Positions 9,192-19,321 of a stretch of 32,000 nt of DNA are shown piece by piece. The position numbers were made by a program, and so were the translations under genes. Within the stretch, counting starts at the first letter, position 1; the number at the start of each line of letters is the position of its first letter. The notes below the pieces were generated by a model. It had not been told where the DNA came from and made no database searches. It saw only the letters and a list, made by a program, of their open reading frames with translations. Source of the DNA: Synechocystis sp. PCC 6803 substr. PCC-P (GTDB lineage Bacteria; Cyanobacteriota; Cyanobacteriia; Cyanobacteriales; Microcystaceae); the NCBI RefSeq assembly GCF_000284455.1, contig NC_017039.1, positions 870,001 through 902,000 of the forward strand. The letters run 5' to 3'.

Positions 9192-9464
9192 ATGCTACCA
9201 CCTCTAAAAAATCCAAGAAATGCCAACAGAAATCGCATGGTTGAACCCACTGCAATTAAAGCATGGGCAGAGAAACGAATGATATACGTTGAACTCAGCG
9301 ATGGAAGGATCTTTGGCTTTCCTGGCGATCGTTTCCGTATCCTTAAAGAAGCTACAAATGAACAATTGGCAAAGGTCAAAGTTGAAGTGAATGGTTATGC
9401 CCTCCGCTGGGAAGAGTTAGATGAGGATATTACTGTCCCTGGAGTAGTGGCCGGCCATTTTTAG
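9192..9464 (+). CDS. DUF2442-family small protein
   Basis: The core IYVELSDGRIFGFPGDRFRILKEATNEQLAKVKVEVNGYALRWEELDEDITVPGV resembles DUF2442. The true start may be the ATG at 9237 (MVEPT..., 75 aa) rather than 9192. No DUF4160-type partner gene is adjacent. Confidence 0.7.
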   Translation: MLPPLKNPRNANRNRMVEPTAIKAWAEKRMIYVELSDGRIFGFPGDRFRILKEATNEQLAKVKVEVNGYALRWEELDEDITVPGVVAGHF

Positions 9465-9476
9465 TTGCCTTTGACC

Positions 9477-9492
9477 TAAGGCGATCGCCTTA
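9477..9492. repeat. HIP1 (GCGATCGC) embedded in a 16-bp perfect palindrome TAAGGCGATCGCCTTA; representative of at least 33 HIP1 copies in the window
   Basis: Read directly. It lies 12 nt after the DUF2442 stop codon. See the HIP1 finding for the full coordinate list. Confidence 0.95.
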
Positions 9493-9662
9493 CCCCAGAC
9501 TAACTGGCCAGGTGTTGTCAATCAGATCAGTGATTTTTGCGTCAATGCCAGTCTTTTCCTGACAATTTTGCGTTTTCTAACAATTCGTCCAAATTCTGTA
9601 TCTGATATGGCAGTATGATCGAAGAAGATCCCCATTTTGCATTGTATTAGGAACTATCTGTT

Positions 9663-10298
9663 ATGGCCTTACAACTCGGTGATGTTGTCCCCGACTTTAC
9701 CCAAGAATCCAGCCAAGGCCCCATTTCTTTCCATGAGTGGGCCGGCGATAGCTGGGTTGTTTTATTCTCTCACCCTGCGGATTACACTCCGGTTTGTACC
9801 ACCGAATTGGGCACTGTAGCCAAACTTAAGCCGGAATTTGATAAGCGCAACGTTAAGGTGATTGCCCTCAGTGTGGATGATGTGGAATCCCACAAAGGCT
9901 GGATTTGTGATATTGACGAAACCCAAAACACTACCGTTAACTACCCAATCTTGGCCGACGGCGACAAAAAGGTGTCCGATCTGTACGGCATGATCCACCC
10001 CAATGCCCTCAATAATTTGACGGTGCGTTCTGTCTTCATCATCGATCCTGCCAAAAAATTACGCTTAACTTTCACCTATCCCGCCAGCACTGGCCGGAAC
10101 TTTGACGAAATTTTGCGGGTAATTGACTCCCTCCAGTTGACCGATTATCACCAAGTAGCTACCCCCGCTAACTGGCAAGATGGGGACAAGTGTGTGGTGG
10201 TGCCCTCCATTTCCACCGAGGATGCTAAGGTCAAATTCCCCAAAGGGGTGGAAGAAATCAAGCCTTATTTGCGTTTGACCCCCCAACCCAATAAGTAA
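9663..10298 (+). CDS. 1-Cys peroxiredoxin (Prx6-type)
   Basis: 211-aa ORF with the peroxidatic Cys motif [14 protein letters not shown] and the Prx6-like C-terminal extension. It matches my recollection of Synechocystis slr1198. Confidence 0.94.
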
Positions 10299-10422
10299 GT
10301 TTCGGTTAAGCCAATCTTTTGAGATTGTTGGCTTGCAAATCAACCACACCATTAACGAGCTTTTAAGCGGAGAGGGAGAAAAATCATCTACCCTCTTTTT
10401 TATGGGCATAGCAGAAAAGTCG

Positions 10423-12093
10423 ATGATCCAAGTTCTCGATCGCCAGTTGGTGGATTTAATTGCGGCGGGGGAAGTGATTGATTCTCCTTTGGCAGTGGTG
10501 CGGGAATTGGTGGAAAATGCCTTGGATGCCGGTGCTGATCGGATTTTGGTTCGTGTTTGGTGGGATCAGTGGCGTTTGGAAGTGTTGGACAACGGCCAGG
10601 GGATGGATGTAACAGAGTTAAAAACCAGCGTATTGCCCCATGCCACCAGCAAAATTAGTACCCAAGCAGATTTACAACGGATTAAAACTTTAGGTTTTCG
10701 GGGGGAAGCCCTCCATAGTTTGGCCCAGGTGGCCCGGTTGACCATTAGCAGTCGCAGTGTGGCCAGTCCGGGTTGTGGTTGGCGCATTACCTACAGCCCC
10801 CAGGGTTCACCAGAACAGATTGAGCCAGTGGCGATCGCCATGGGAACGAGGGTGGAAGTGCGGCAACTGTTTGCTAATTTTCCCCAACGTCGGCAGGCCT
10901 TTGCTAAAAGTCAGCAGTTTTGGCGGCCCATGGTCACCTATCTGCAACAATTAGCCCTCTGCCATCCCCAAGTAACGTGGCAACTGTGGCAGGACGAACG
11001 GTTACGGTTGAGCCTTAGCCCCGGTCCTAACCCAGAAGCTATCTTGTTGCAATGCCTTAAATCCCTCCAGGCGGGCCAGCTTGGTTACACTCAACAATCC
11101 CTGTCCCTCCCCGTTGATCTAGAAAATCAGGCAACATCGGCCCAGCTAAGCTTGACCTTTGGTTACCCTGACCGCTGCCATCGTCCCCGTCCCGATTGGT
11201 TAATCATTGCCATTAATGGTCGTCCTGTGAATGTGCCGGAATTAACCCAGACAATTTTGGCGGTTTTTCACCGTACCCTGCCCCGGCAACGGTATCCCCT
11301 GTGTTTTGCCCATTGGCAATTGCCGCCCCAGTGCATCGATTGGCATCGTCACCCCGCAAAAACAGAAATTTATTTGCAAGATTTACCCCATTGGCAAGGG
11401 CAACTAAAAACCTTATTGCACCAGAGCCTAGCAATTTTGGGCAATGACGCTCCCCCTCGCCTGAATCAATTGCTCAAGGCCGCTGAACCCAAGGGAGTGT
11501 ATCAACTACAAGGTGCCAGTTCTCTCACGGAAACGGTGCTGGGCTATCCCAAGGCTTTTAAGGCCATCGCCCAGGTTTGCCAGACCTATGTGGTGGTGGA
11601 ACATGACCAGGGCATTTGGTTAGTGGAGCAACACGTGGCCCATGAACGGGTTTTGTTTGAGCAGTTACAACGGCATTGGCAATGTTTACCCCTGGAGCAA
11701 CCTCTGGTCTTGCAAGGATTTAACCCAGAACAGGTGGAACGTCTGCAAAATTTAGGCTTGGAAATAGACCCCTTTGGGGAAGATATTTGGGCTGTGCGGA
11801 GTTTACCGGCCCTTCTTCAAGGACAGGAGGAAATCATTGCTATTTTGCGGGAATTGAGTCAGGTATTTTCCCTCTCCACCGCCCAAGCGGCGATCGCCTG
11901 TCGGAGTGCCATTAAAAACGGTATGGAATTGGATCGCATTGCCATTAATAAACTCATTGAGCAATGGCAACAATGTGATAATCCCCACACCTGCCCCCAC
12001 GGTCGGCCCATCTACTTAGCTTTAGATGAATCTTCCTTGGCTCGTTTTTTCCGTAGAAATTGGCTGGTTAACCCCAAAACTTCTGGTTCTTGA
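10423..12093 (+). CDS. mutL: DNA mismatch repair protein MutL
   Basis: From the ATG at 10423: [41 protein letters not shown] (GHKL ATPase motif I), LGFRGEAL, and the C-terminal endonuclease-type motifs [12 protein letters not shown] and CPHGRP. The ORF-track start at 10333 adds 30 non-conserved residues. The ATG at 10402 is also possible. Confidence 0.92.
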
Positions 12094-12277
12094 ATCGCCT
12101 TCAACCATTGGCGTTTTAGCTCGCTCTTGGTATCACGGGTAACAAATTTATGGAACGGAGCAGGGTTAACTATAAAGGCTAACCTGGTTTTGTCCCACGG
12201 CATTTTCGGACTAAGTCCCGGAAATAGCGGGTTTGAGCCTGGATTAGGCCCACCTTTCTCCAATTCTAGAAAACATT

Positions 12278-13444
12278 GTGTCAGTACTCCTAGAAGGCAT
12301 TTTTAACGGTTTAAGCACAAGTTCAGTGTTACTGATTGCTGCCCTGGGTTTGGCGATCGTCTTTGGTCTGATGGGGGTAATTAACCTGGCCCATGGGGAA
12401 TTGATGATGTTGGGCGCTTACAGCACCTTTGTGGTGCAAAACCTCTTCCAGAGCCTCGGTGACCCTTGGTTTGACCTCTACATTTTTGCCGCTCTGCCCG
12501 TTGCTTTCCTGGTGGCGGCGATCGCCGGTCTAGTTTTGGAAAGACAGGTTATCCGCTACTTGTACGGCCGACCGCTGGAAACATTGCTGGCCACCTGGGG
12601 GGTGAGCCTGATTTTGCAACAGTTTGTCCGCAGTGTGAACTGGATTATGGTGCTGGTGGTGGGTATATTTTTGCTTTTATATTTCGGTGGCACCTGGTTA
12701 ATTAAACGCCAGGCCGGTGGCAAACCTTGGTTAGGGAAAGCCCAAGTCATCCTTTTCTTTCTCTCAGCGGCGATCTCCGGCATTAGTGGTTTTGTGGTGG
12801 CCCAGGCCAATTCTCCCCTGTGGAATCGGGCTTGGTTTGGAGCTAGGAACGTCAATGTTAGTGCCCCCACTTGGTTGCGGGGGGGGCTTGCCATTGGCAC
12901 TTTCCAGGTACCCTACACCAGGATTTTTATAATTTTCCTGACTCTGCTCTGTTTACTGGCGGTGTATCTAATTTTCTACCGTTCTAATTGGGGACTGAGA
13001 ATTCGAGCCGTTACCCAAAACCGGGGTATGAGTGCTTGTTTGGGTATTCCCACTGGGCAGGTGGATGCTTTGACCTTTGCCCTTGGTTCTGGCCTAGCGG
13101 GCATTGCAGGCTGTGCCATTAGTTTTCTGGGGGCGGTGGGGCCCAACATTGGTCAAAACTACATTATCAATACCTTCATGGTGGTGGTGGTAGGGGGCGT
13201 AGGTAACCTACTCGGAACCATTATTGCTTCCCTGGCGATCGGTGTATCCAGTGACTTGATTGGTAGTGGCACCCTGATTCGTTTATTCCCCCCAGAGGGA
13301 GCATTGCAACCTCTGTACGAATTTTTTACCTTTTTTGCCACCACCAGTATGGCCAGGGTTTTAGTCTTCGCCCTGATTATCCTTTTTCTGCAAATCAAGC
13401 CAGCGGGTATTTTCCCTCCCAAAGGCCGGACGGCGGAATTGTAG
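12278..13444 (+). CDS. urtB: Urea ABC transporter permease UrtB (LivH family)
   Basis: GTG start. 388-aa polytopic membrane protein with a LivH-type N-terminus (LLIAALGLAIVFGLMGVINLAHGELMMLGAY) and the long central insertion typical of UrtB. It is followed by a LivM-type permease. The order matches my recollection of slr1200/slr1201. Urea specificity is inferred from that recollection, not from the sequence alone. Confidence 0.82.
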   Translation: MSVLLEGIFNGLSTSSVLLIAALGLAIVFGLMGVINLAHGELMMLGAYSTFVVQNLFQSLGDPWFDLYIFAALPVAFLVAAIAGLVLERQVIRYLYGRPLETLLATWGVSLILQQFVRSVNWIMVLVVGIFLLLYFGGTWLIKRQAGGKPWLGKAQVILFFLSAAISGISGFVVAQANSPLWNRAWFGARNVNVSAPTWLRGGLAIGTFQVPYTRIFIIFLTLLCLLAVYLIFYRSNWGLRIRAVTQNRGMSACLGIPTGQVDALTFALGSGLAGIAGCAISFLGAVGPNIGQNYIINTFMVVVVGGVGNLLGTIIASLAIGVSSDLIGSGTLIRLFPPEGALQPLYEFFTFFATTSMARVLVFALIILFLQIKPAGIFPPKGRTAEL

Positions 13445-13541
13445 CTTCCCGGAGGCAATGGCAATTTTTCTTTGCCCCATTGTCTCGCCCCCCCTAGCCT
13501 GACCTCTGACCAAATTTAGCTTCAGCCTTTTTTATTTCCCT

Positions 13542-14774
13542 ATGCAAAATTCTGCCCCCCCTTCTGGTTCTCCCCTGGCCAAACTGCTGAAGAAGTTGGG
13601 TTGGAATGACTATGCGTTGTTCGGGTCAGTGTTGGTTTTTGCCTGTATTCCCCTGATCATCGCAGTTTTATCTTTGTCCGATGGAGGCCCAAGTCAATGG
13701 CTGTTGAATAATTTTCCTTTCCTACGGCTCAGGTTGATGGGGCGTTTTCTGTCTTTGGCTATTATTGCCCTGGGCATTGACCTAATTTGGGGCTACACGG
13801 GGTTACTCAGTTTAGGTCATGGCATATTTTTTGCCCTTGGGGGTTATGCCTTTGCCATGTATCTCAATCTCCAGTTACCGGAAGGGCAATTACCTGAATT
13901 TTTTGGTCTCTACGGGGTGGATAAACTGCCACTGATTTGGCAACCTTTCCATTCGTTACCCGTTACTGTATTGGCCATGGTGTTGGTGCCAGGGGCGATC
14001 GCCGCCCTGTTGGGTTATTTAATTTTTCGTAACCGCATCAAGGGTGTATATTTTTCGATTTTGACCCAGGCGGCTCTGTTGGTGTTTTACAACTTTTTCA
14101 ACGGGCAACAGAAATTAATTAACGGTACTAATGGCTTAAAAACTGATACAGAAAGAATTTTTGGTTACCTAGCCAGTTCCGACGGAGTCCAACTGGTATT
14201 TTATGAAGTCACCGTCCTGGCTCTGTTATTGGTTTATATTCTTTGCCGTTGGCTTACTAGTGGGCGCTTTGGCCGCATCCTCGTAGCCATTCGGGACGAT
14301 GAAACCAGGGTAAGATTTACCGGTTACGATCCCACTGGCTTCAAGGTGTTGGTATTTGGCATTTCCGGGGCGATCGCCGGTCTGTCGGGGGGGCTATACA
14401 CAGTGCAAACGGGGATTATTACTCCGAGCATTATGGATGTGGCCTTTTCCATTGAAATGGTCATTTGGGTTGCGGTTGGCGGCAGGGCTACCCTAGTGGG
14501 GGCTGTGTTGGGAACCCTGTTGGTGCGCCTAGCCCAGAGCAGTTTGAGCGAGCAGTTTCCCGAGGTTTGGCTGTTTTTCCAAGGGGCTTTGTTCCTGATT
14601 GTAGTTACTGTGCTTCCCAACGGCATTGTCGGTTGGTGGCAAGAACAGGGCATTGTGCAACTCAGGAATTTGTTCCGAGGTAAACCCCAGTTGGCCACCT
14701 TTCCTAGTTTGGAAGAAGATCCTTTGGTGCAGGAAGAACGCAAACAGTTTGAAGGAGAGTCTAAGGAACCGTAA
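13542..14774 (+). CDS. urtC: Urea ABC transporter permease UrtC (LivM family)
   Basis: 410-aa polytopic membrane protein (LIWGYTGLLSLGHGIFFALGGYAFAMYL; IRDDETRVRFTGYDPTGFKVLVFGISGAIAGLSGGLY). It is paired with the UrtB-like gene upstream. Confidence 0.82.
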   Translation: MQNSAPPSGSPLAKLLKKLGWNDYALFGSVLVFACIPLIIAVLSLSDGGPSQWLLNNFPFLRLRLMGRFLSLAIIALGIDLIWGYTGLLSLGHGIFFALGGYAFAMYLNLQLPEGQLPEFFGLYGVDKLPLIWQPFHSLPVTVLAMVLVPGAIAALLGYLIFRNRIKGVYFSILTQAALLVFYNFFNGQQKLINGTNGLKTDTERIFGYLASSDGVQLVFYEVTVLALLLVYILCRWLTSGRFGRILVAIRDDETRVRFTGYDPTGFKVLVFGISGAIAGLSGGLYTVQTGIITPSIMDVAFSIEMVIWVAVGGRATLVGAVLGTLLVRLAQSSLSEQFPEVWLFFQGALFLIVVTVLPNGIVGWWQEQGIVQLRNLFRGKPQLATFPSLEEDPLVQEERKQFEGESKEP

Positions 14775-14889
14775 ACTACACCGAAAACTTTTGGCTTATC
14801 CACGGCCATTGTCATGGCAGCAATCGGATCTTTATGCCTAGGGCCAGCAATGGTTATGTTAGTTTGATGTAGTCCTACCCGATTCTTCT

Positions 14890-15786
14890 ATGACTGCTTC
14901 TGGGTCCGATCGCCGTTGGCCTAGGGGAGCCACCCCCTATTTATTCCTGTTGCCCGCTTTGGTTATGCTGGGCGCAACGGTTTTCTATCCGGCACTACAA
15001 GCTTTTTCCCTCAGTTTTACCCAATACGAACTGGACTTGACCAAAGCCCCGGCCTGGGTAGGACTGGCTAATTTTGAGCGGCTCTGGCGGGATAGGGTTT
15101 TCTGGCTGACCTTTCGCCACACTTTGCTTTACCTGGTGGGGGTTGTGCCCTTACTGATCATGTTGCCCCTGGGACTAGCCATTTTGGTCAACCAAAAACT
15201 GCGGGGCATCACCTGGTTTCGCATGGCCTATTACACTCCGGTAATTACCTCTATTGTGGTGGCAGGCATTGCCTGGAAAGCCCTCTACGCTTCCAATGGC
15301 ATCCTGAATCAAATTCTTGCCCTACTGGGATTTAGCGATGGTATTCCTTGGCTCACCAGTCCCAATTTAGCCCTGTGGAGTGTGATGGTGGTGACAGTGT
15401 GGAAAGGGTTGGGTTATTACATGGTCATTTACCTGGCCGGACTCCAAGCCATTCCCCAGGAACTCTATGAAGCCGGGGCGATCGACGGAGCGGACGGTTG
15501 GCGACAACATTGGGATATTACCATTCCCCTCATGCGGCCCTATTGTTTCTTAGTAGGAGTTTTATCTTCCATTTCCGCCCTCAAAGTTTTTGAAGAGGTG
15601 TATATCATGACCCAGGGCGGCCCCCTCAACGCTTCCAAAACGGTAGTTTATTATGTCTATGAACGGGCTTTTCAAGACCTCGAAATGAATTACGCTTCGG
15701 CGATCGGGCTAGTGTTATTTTTGGTCATTTTCATTTTTTCAGTGATTAATTTAAAACTTTCCGGTGGTAACCTACCGGCCCGCTAA
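14890..15786 (+). CDS. Carbohydrate-type ABC transporter permease (MalF/LacF family), orphan
   Basis: 298-aa six-TM protein with the EAA loop YEAGAIDGADGWRQHWDITIPLMRP. No binding-protein, second permease or ATPase gene is adjacent. Confidence 0.85.
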   Translation: MTASGSDRRWPRGATPYLFLLPALVMLGATVFYPALQAFSLSFTQYELDLTKAPAWVGLANFERLWRDRVFWLTFRHTLLYLVGVVPLLIMLPLGLAILVNQKLRGITWFRMAYYTPVITSIVVAGIAWKALYASNGILNQILALLGFSDGIPWLTSPNLALWSVMVVTVWKGLGYYMVIYLAGLQAIPQELYEAGAIDGADGWRQHWDITIPLMRPYCFLVGVLSSISALKVFEEVYIMTQGGPLNASKTVVYYVYERAFQDLEMNYASAIGLVLFLVIFIFSVINLKLSGGNLPAR

Positions 15787-15895
15787 AGCCCTTGGGGGAC
15801 ATATTGACCCTGACTGAAAAAAATGGACAAATCCAGAAGGACATTATGATGGAATTCCCCCATATCGTAGTGGAAGAAAAGGAAGTGCAAAAAGT

Positions 15896-16333
15896 ATGAC
15901 AACACTGTATGAAACGGACTTCAACCTGTGGATAGAGCAGACCGTCAACCAACTCAAAAGTGGTGACATCAAGGGCTTGGACCTGGACAACCTCATTGAA
16001 GAAATAGAATCCATGGGACGGAATAACAAAAGGGAAGTACGAAGCCGGTTAATTGTCCTCATGGCTCACCTACTGAAATGGCAACACCAACCCGAAAAAC
16101 AGAGCAATAGCTGGATCTACACCATCAAAGAGCAACGCTTACAACTCAAGCTAATCCTGCAAGACAGCCCTAGCCTGAAGCCCTTTTTGCAACAGGTCTT
16201 AGACGATTGTTACCAAGATGCCCGAAAGGATGCAGCCCAGGAAACAAAACTAACCCCCGACAACTTCCCCAAAGAATCCCCCTACACCCAAGCTCAGATC
16301 CTAGACCCCGACTTTTTTCCAAAATCAGAATAA
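15896..16333 (+). CDS. DUF29-family protein
   Basis: 145-aa ORF starting MTTLYETDFNLWIEQTVNQLKSGDIKGLDLDNLIEEIESMGRNNKREVRSRLIVLMAHLLKW, the characteristic DUF29 N-terminal pattern common in cyanobacteria. Confidence 0.8.
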   Translation: MTTLYETDFNLWIEQTVNQLKSGDIKGLDLDNLIEEIESMGRNNKREVRSRLIVLMAHLLKWQHQPEKQSNSWIYTIKEQRLQLKLILQDSPSLKPFLQQVLDDCYQDARKDAAQETKLTPDNFPKESPYTQAQILDPDFFPKSE

Positions 16334-16438
16334 ATACAAAAAAAAGCCCTCTAAAACAATGACCTTGTCCTGAAAAACTGACACAAAAATTTCATACCGT
16401 CGTCATAGCCCTGTCATACTCGTCCCCTACATTAATAA

Positions 16439-17797
16439 ATGTCAGCCCAAGCCGTTTTCCCAATTGCTCCTCACCGGGCTGACTTTTTTCCCAGATTTGT
16501 TTTAAGCAACAGTTCAGCAAATAAGTGTCATCAAGCCATGAAAGACGTTTCCCTCCATTCTCCCAAACAGACCCCTTCTAAAATTTCCTTGGCCTACCTG
16601 GGGCTAGTCCTGGTGGGTATGGGCATTGGTGCTGGGGGGACATTTGTCTTAACTAATCCCCAATGGGCGGATCATTTAACAAATAATTCTGTTATTTCTC
16701 CCTTAGTAACTAATCAATCCATTGCTCCTGCCAATGAGAGCTTAGCAACGAACTTACAAAGTCGTTTATCCCCTAGAGAGCCCAGCAATTTTGTCGTGGA
16801 CGTGGTGGAATCCACCGGCCCCGCGGTGGTGCGTATCAATGCCCAAAAAACGGTTAAATCCCAGGTGCCCCAGGCATTTAATGATCCCTTCTTGCAAAGA
16901 TTTTTTGGTTCCCAGATGCCCCCCATGCCCAACGAACGGGTGCAACGGGGAACGGGCTCCGGTTTCATTGTTAGTAATGATGGCAAGATTTTCACCAATG
17001 CCCATGTGGTGGATGGGGCCGATGAAGTGACAGTAACTCTTAAGGATGGTCGTTCCTTTCCCGGTCGGGTGATGGGTTCTGATCCCTCTACGGATGTGGC
17101 GGTGGTCAAAATTGAAGCTGGTGATTTACCTACCGTGGCCTTAGGGGACTCCGATCACCTGCAGGTGGGGGAATGGGCGATCGCCATTGGTAATCCTTTA
17201 GGATTGGACAATACGGTCACCACAGGGATTTTGAGTGCCACAGGCCGCCGCAGTGCGGATATTGGTGTGCCCGACAAACGGGTGGAATTTATCCAAACCG
17301 ATGCGGCCATTAACCCTGGTAACTCTGGTGGTCCTCTCCTCAATGCGGATGGGCAAGTAATTGGTATGAACACCGCCATTATTCAAAACGCCCAGGGCAT
17401 TGGTTTTGCTATCCCCATCAACAAAGCCCAGGAAATTGCTCAACAGTTAATTGCTACGGGCAAAGTGGAGCACGCCTACCTCGGCATTCAAATGGTGACC
17501 ATGACCCCGGAACTACAAAGCCAAATTCGCCAAGAAACGGGTATGAACATTCCTGTGGATAAGGGTGTAGTGATTATGCAGGTTATGCCCAACTCTCCAG
17601 CGGCGATCGCCAAACTGGAACAAGGGGATGTGCTCCAATCTCTCCAGGGACAACCAGTGGAAAATGCTGAACAGGTACAATCCCTAGTGGGCAAACTGGC
17701 GGTGGGAGACGAAGTGGAACTAGGCATTCTCCGCAACGGCCAACAGCAAAATTTAACCGTCACCATTGGTGCCCTGCCCAGCGCCCCTCCCCAATAA
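16439..17797 (+). CDS. htrA: HtrA/DegP-family periplasmic serine protease with one PDZ domain
   Basis: 452-aa ORF. It has an N-terminal TM segment ([21 protein letters not shown]), trypsin-fold catalytic residues ([22 protein letters not shown]) and a C-terminal PDZ ([24 protein letters not shown]). A start at the internal ATG 16538 (MKDVS...) cannot be excluded. Confidence 0.93.
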
Positions 17798-17985
17798 ACG
17801 CCCATTACTAGGACAAACGGGGGTTTTTCTCCTAAACTTTTAGGATGTTGGATCAGGGCCCGTTGGCAAAAATTCAAGTTGCCCCTCACCCTCCCCAAGG
17901 AAGCTCTGGCCAACCTGGGGGGTTTGTAGGTGTAAACCGGTTCCCAATCCTTTTTAACTTTGATTTTTTAGATTTAACTAAAATT

Positions 17986-18339
17986 ATGGTTTGGACCAAA
18001 GCCCTCGCCCAAAGTGAGCTTCCCCCCGGTAGTCGTCAAGTGGTTAAGGTAAACCAACAGGCTATTCTGTTGCTGAATGAAGGGGGTACTATCCACGCAG
18101 TTAGTAACCAGTGCCCCCATCTCAAATTACCGATGAAAAGCGGCAAAATTAAGGACGGGGCGATTGTTTGTCCTTTCCACCGCAGTGCCTTCGATCTTTG
18201 TTCCGGTGCTGTGCAGGAATGGAGTCCCTTTCCACCTGTGGTGGGGGGTTTGATGGGCAAAATGTCGGCGGAAAAGCCCCTGCCGGTGTTCCCTGTGCGG
18301 GTGGAAAATGGAGAAGTACAGGTGGATTTAGGCGCCTGA
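17986..18339 (+). CDS. Small Rieske [2Fe-2S] domain protein
   Basis: From the ATG at 17986: MVWTKALAQSELPPGSRQVVKV..., with the Rieske ligand motifs CPHLKLP (C-x-H) and CPFHRS (C-x-x-H). The 47-codon upstream extension in the ORF track (17845) is Pro/Gly-rich and unlike Rieske proteins. Confidence 0.85.
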   Translation: MVWTKALAQSELPPGSRQVVKVNQQAILLLNEGGTIHAVSNQCPHLKLPMKSGKIKDGAIVCPFHRSAFDLCSGAVQEWSPFPPVVGGLMGKMSAEKPLPVFPVRVENGEVQVDLGA

Positions 18340-18525
18340 TCGCTCAGTTGAACCCTTTGCAGAGCAGACAAGACTATATTTTTGATCTAAATGGTTTTTC
18401 TTAATCCCTCAAACTTTGGGGGATTTTGATTAATCTGTCTAGTGTCTAGAATCAAATAGCTAGGTTCTGGGACAATCTCACCTGAAATCCTGGTTCACAA
18501 TAGTTTTTATTGAATTCACATTGCC

Positions 18526-19248
18526 TTGACCCATAATTCCCAACCCCTACCCGTTGACCCCCAGGACAATGGCTTTCCCCCTGTACATTTCCAAACCCAT
18601 TTCCAGGGCAGAATGGAAATGTTTGCCCCCGGTCAAGAAGTGGACGACTATCTACAGGCCCACCAAGGTTGGTTCCGTCGCTGTGCCCAGCCTATGCAAG
18701 CCGATCCTTTGGGGGACCATGGATATGTGTTGACCATTGGTAAGTTTGGTGCTTTGGGTTTTGATGTGGAGCCCAAAATTGCGGTGGTGCTGGAACCGCC
18801 CCAGGATGGCAATTACCTGATGCATACGGTTCCTTTGCCCGATACCCCCAATCTGGGTTATGAAGTGGATTTTCTTTCTAACATGACTCTGCATCAAGTC
18901 AATGGCGATCGCCTGACGGAGAAAAGTTTAAAACAGTTTGCCCAGGCGGAAATCCCCTGGCCGGAAACCATTACCCAGGTGGAATGGGACTTGAAAATGG
19001 ATGTGGCGGTGCAGTTCCCTGGCTATATCTACAAACTGCCCATGAAGTTGATTCAATCCACTGGCGATCGCCTGTTGACAGAAATTGTCCGCCAAGTGTC
19101 CCCCCGTTTAACTTATAAAGTACAGCAGGATTTTCATCAGGAAAAAGGCCTACCCCTACCGCCCAAAAGTGGCCGTTATTTCCAGCGGATCAGGCCAGCG
19201 GGGGAAGAACAATCTGAGTCAGAGACGGAAACGGAAGTCGAATCTTAA
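18526..19248 (+). CDS. Conserved hypothetical protein (DUF1997-like) with an acidic Ser/Glu/Thr C-terminal tail
   Basis: 240-aa ORF with a TTG start. The ATG giving MEMFAPGQ... is an alternative start. The DUF1997 assignment is from recollection of the cyanobacterial/plant family. The tail is EEQSESETETEVES. Confidence 0.65.
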   Translation: MTHNSQPLPVDPQDNGFPPVHFQTHFQGRMEMFAPGQEVDDYLQAHQGWFRRCAQPMQADPLGDHGYVLTIGKFGALGFDVEPKIAVVLEPPQDGNYLMHTVPLPDTPNLGYEVDFLSNMTLHQVNGDRLTEKSLKQFAQAEIPWPETITQVEWDLKMDVAVQFPGYIYKLPMKLIQSTGDRLLTEIVRQVSPRLTYKVQQDFHQEKGLPLPPKSGRYFQRIRPAGEEQSESETETEVES

Positions 19249-19321
19249 TCTGTCCTGACCAAATGGTTTGGGGGATTACCTAAATTACCTTAAAGATCAA
19301 CAGACCAATTTTTTAGTGCCC

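Noticed and set aside
12130-12143. GTA-N8-AAC upstream of urtB as a possible NtcA box (consensus GTA-N8-TAC)
   Set aside because: The second half-site is degenerate, and I could not find a well-placed TAN3T -10 element about 22 nt downstream (only TTAACT and TATAAA nearby). This is too weak to call without TSS data.
12012-12263. 83-aa minus-strand ORF spanning the mutL 3' end and the mutL-urtB spacer; the segment [21 protein letters not shown] superficially recalls the THAP-domain FHRFPKD...RKKWLKAI motif
   Set aside because: It overlaps the mutL coding sequence by ~80 nt and has no obvious RBS. It has none of the C2CH zinc ligands that define THAP. The 184-nt spacer is more simply the urtB promoter region. 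An sRNA or small-protein dataset could revisit this.
18403-18427. Hairpin AATCCC...GGGATT followed by TTTT after the Rieske gene as a terminator
   Set aside because: The stem is only 6 bp with an 11-nt loop, and part of the T-run belongs to the stem. This is too weak to list as a feature.
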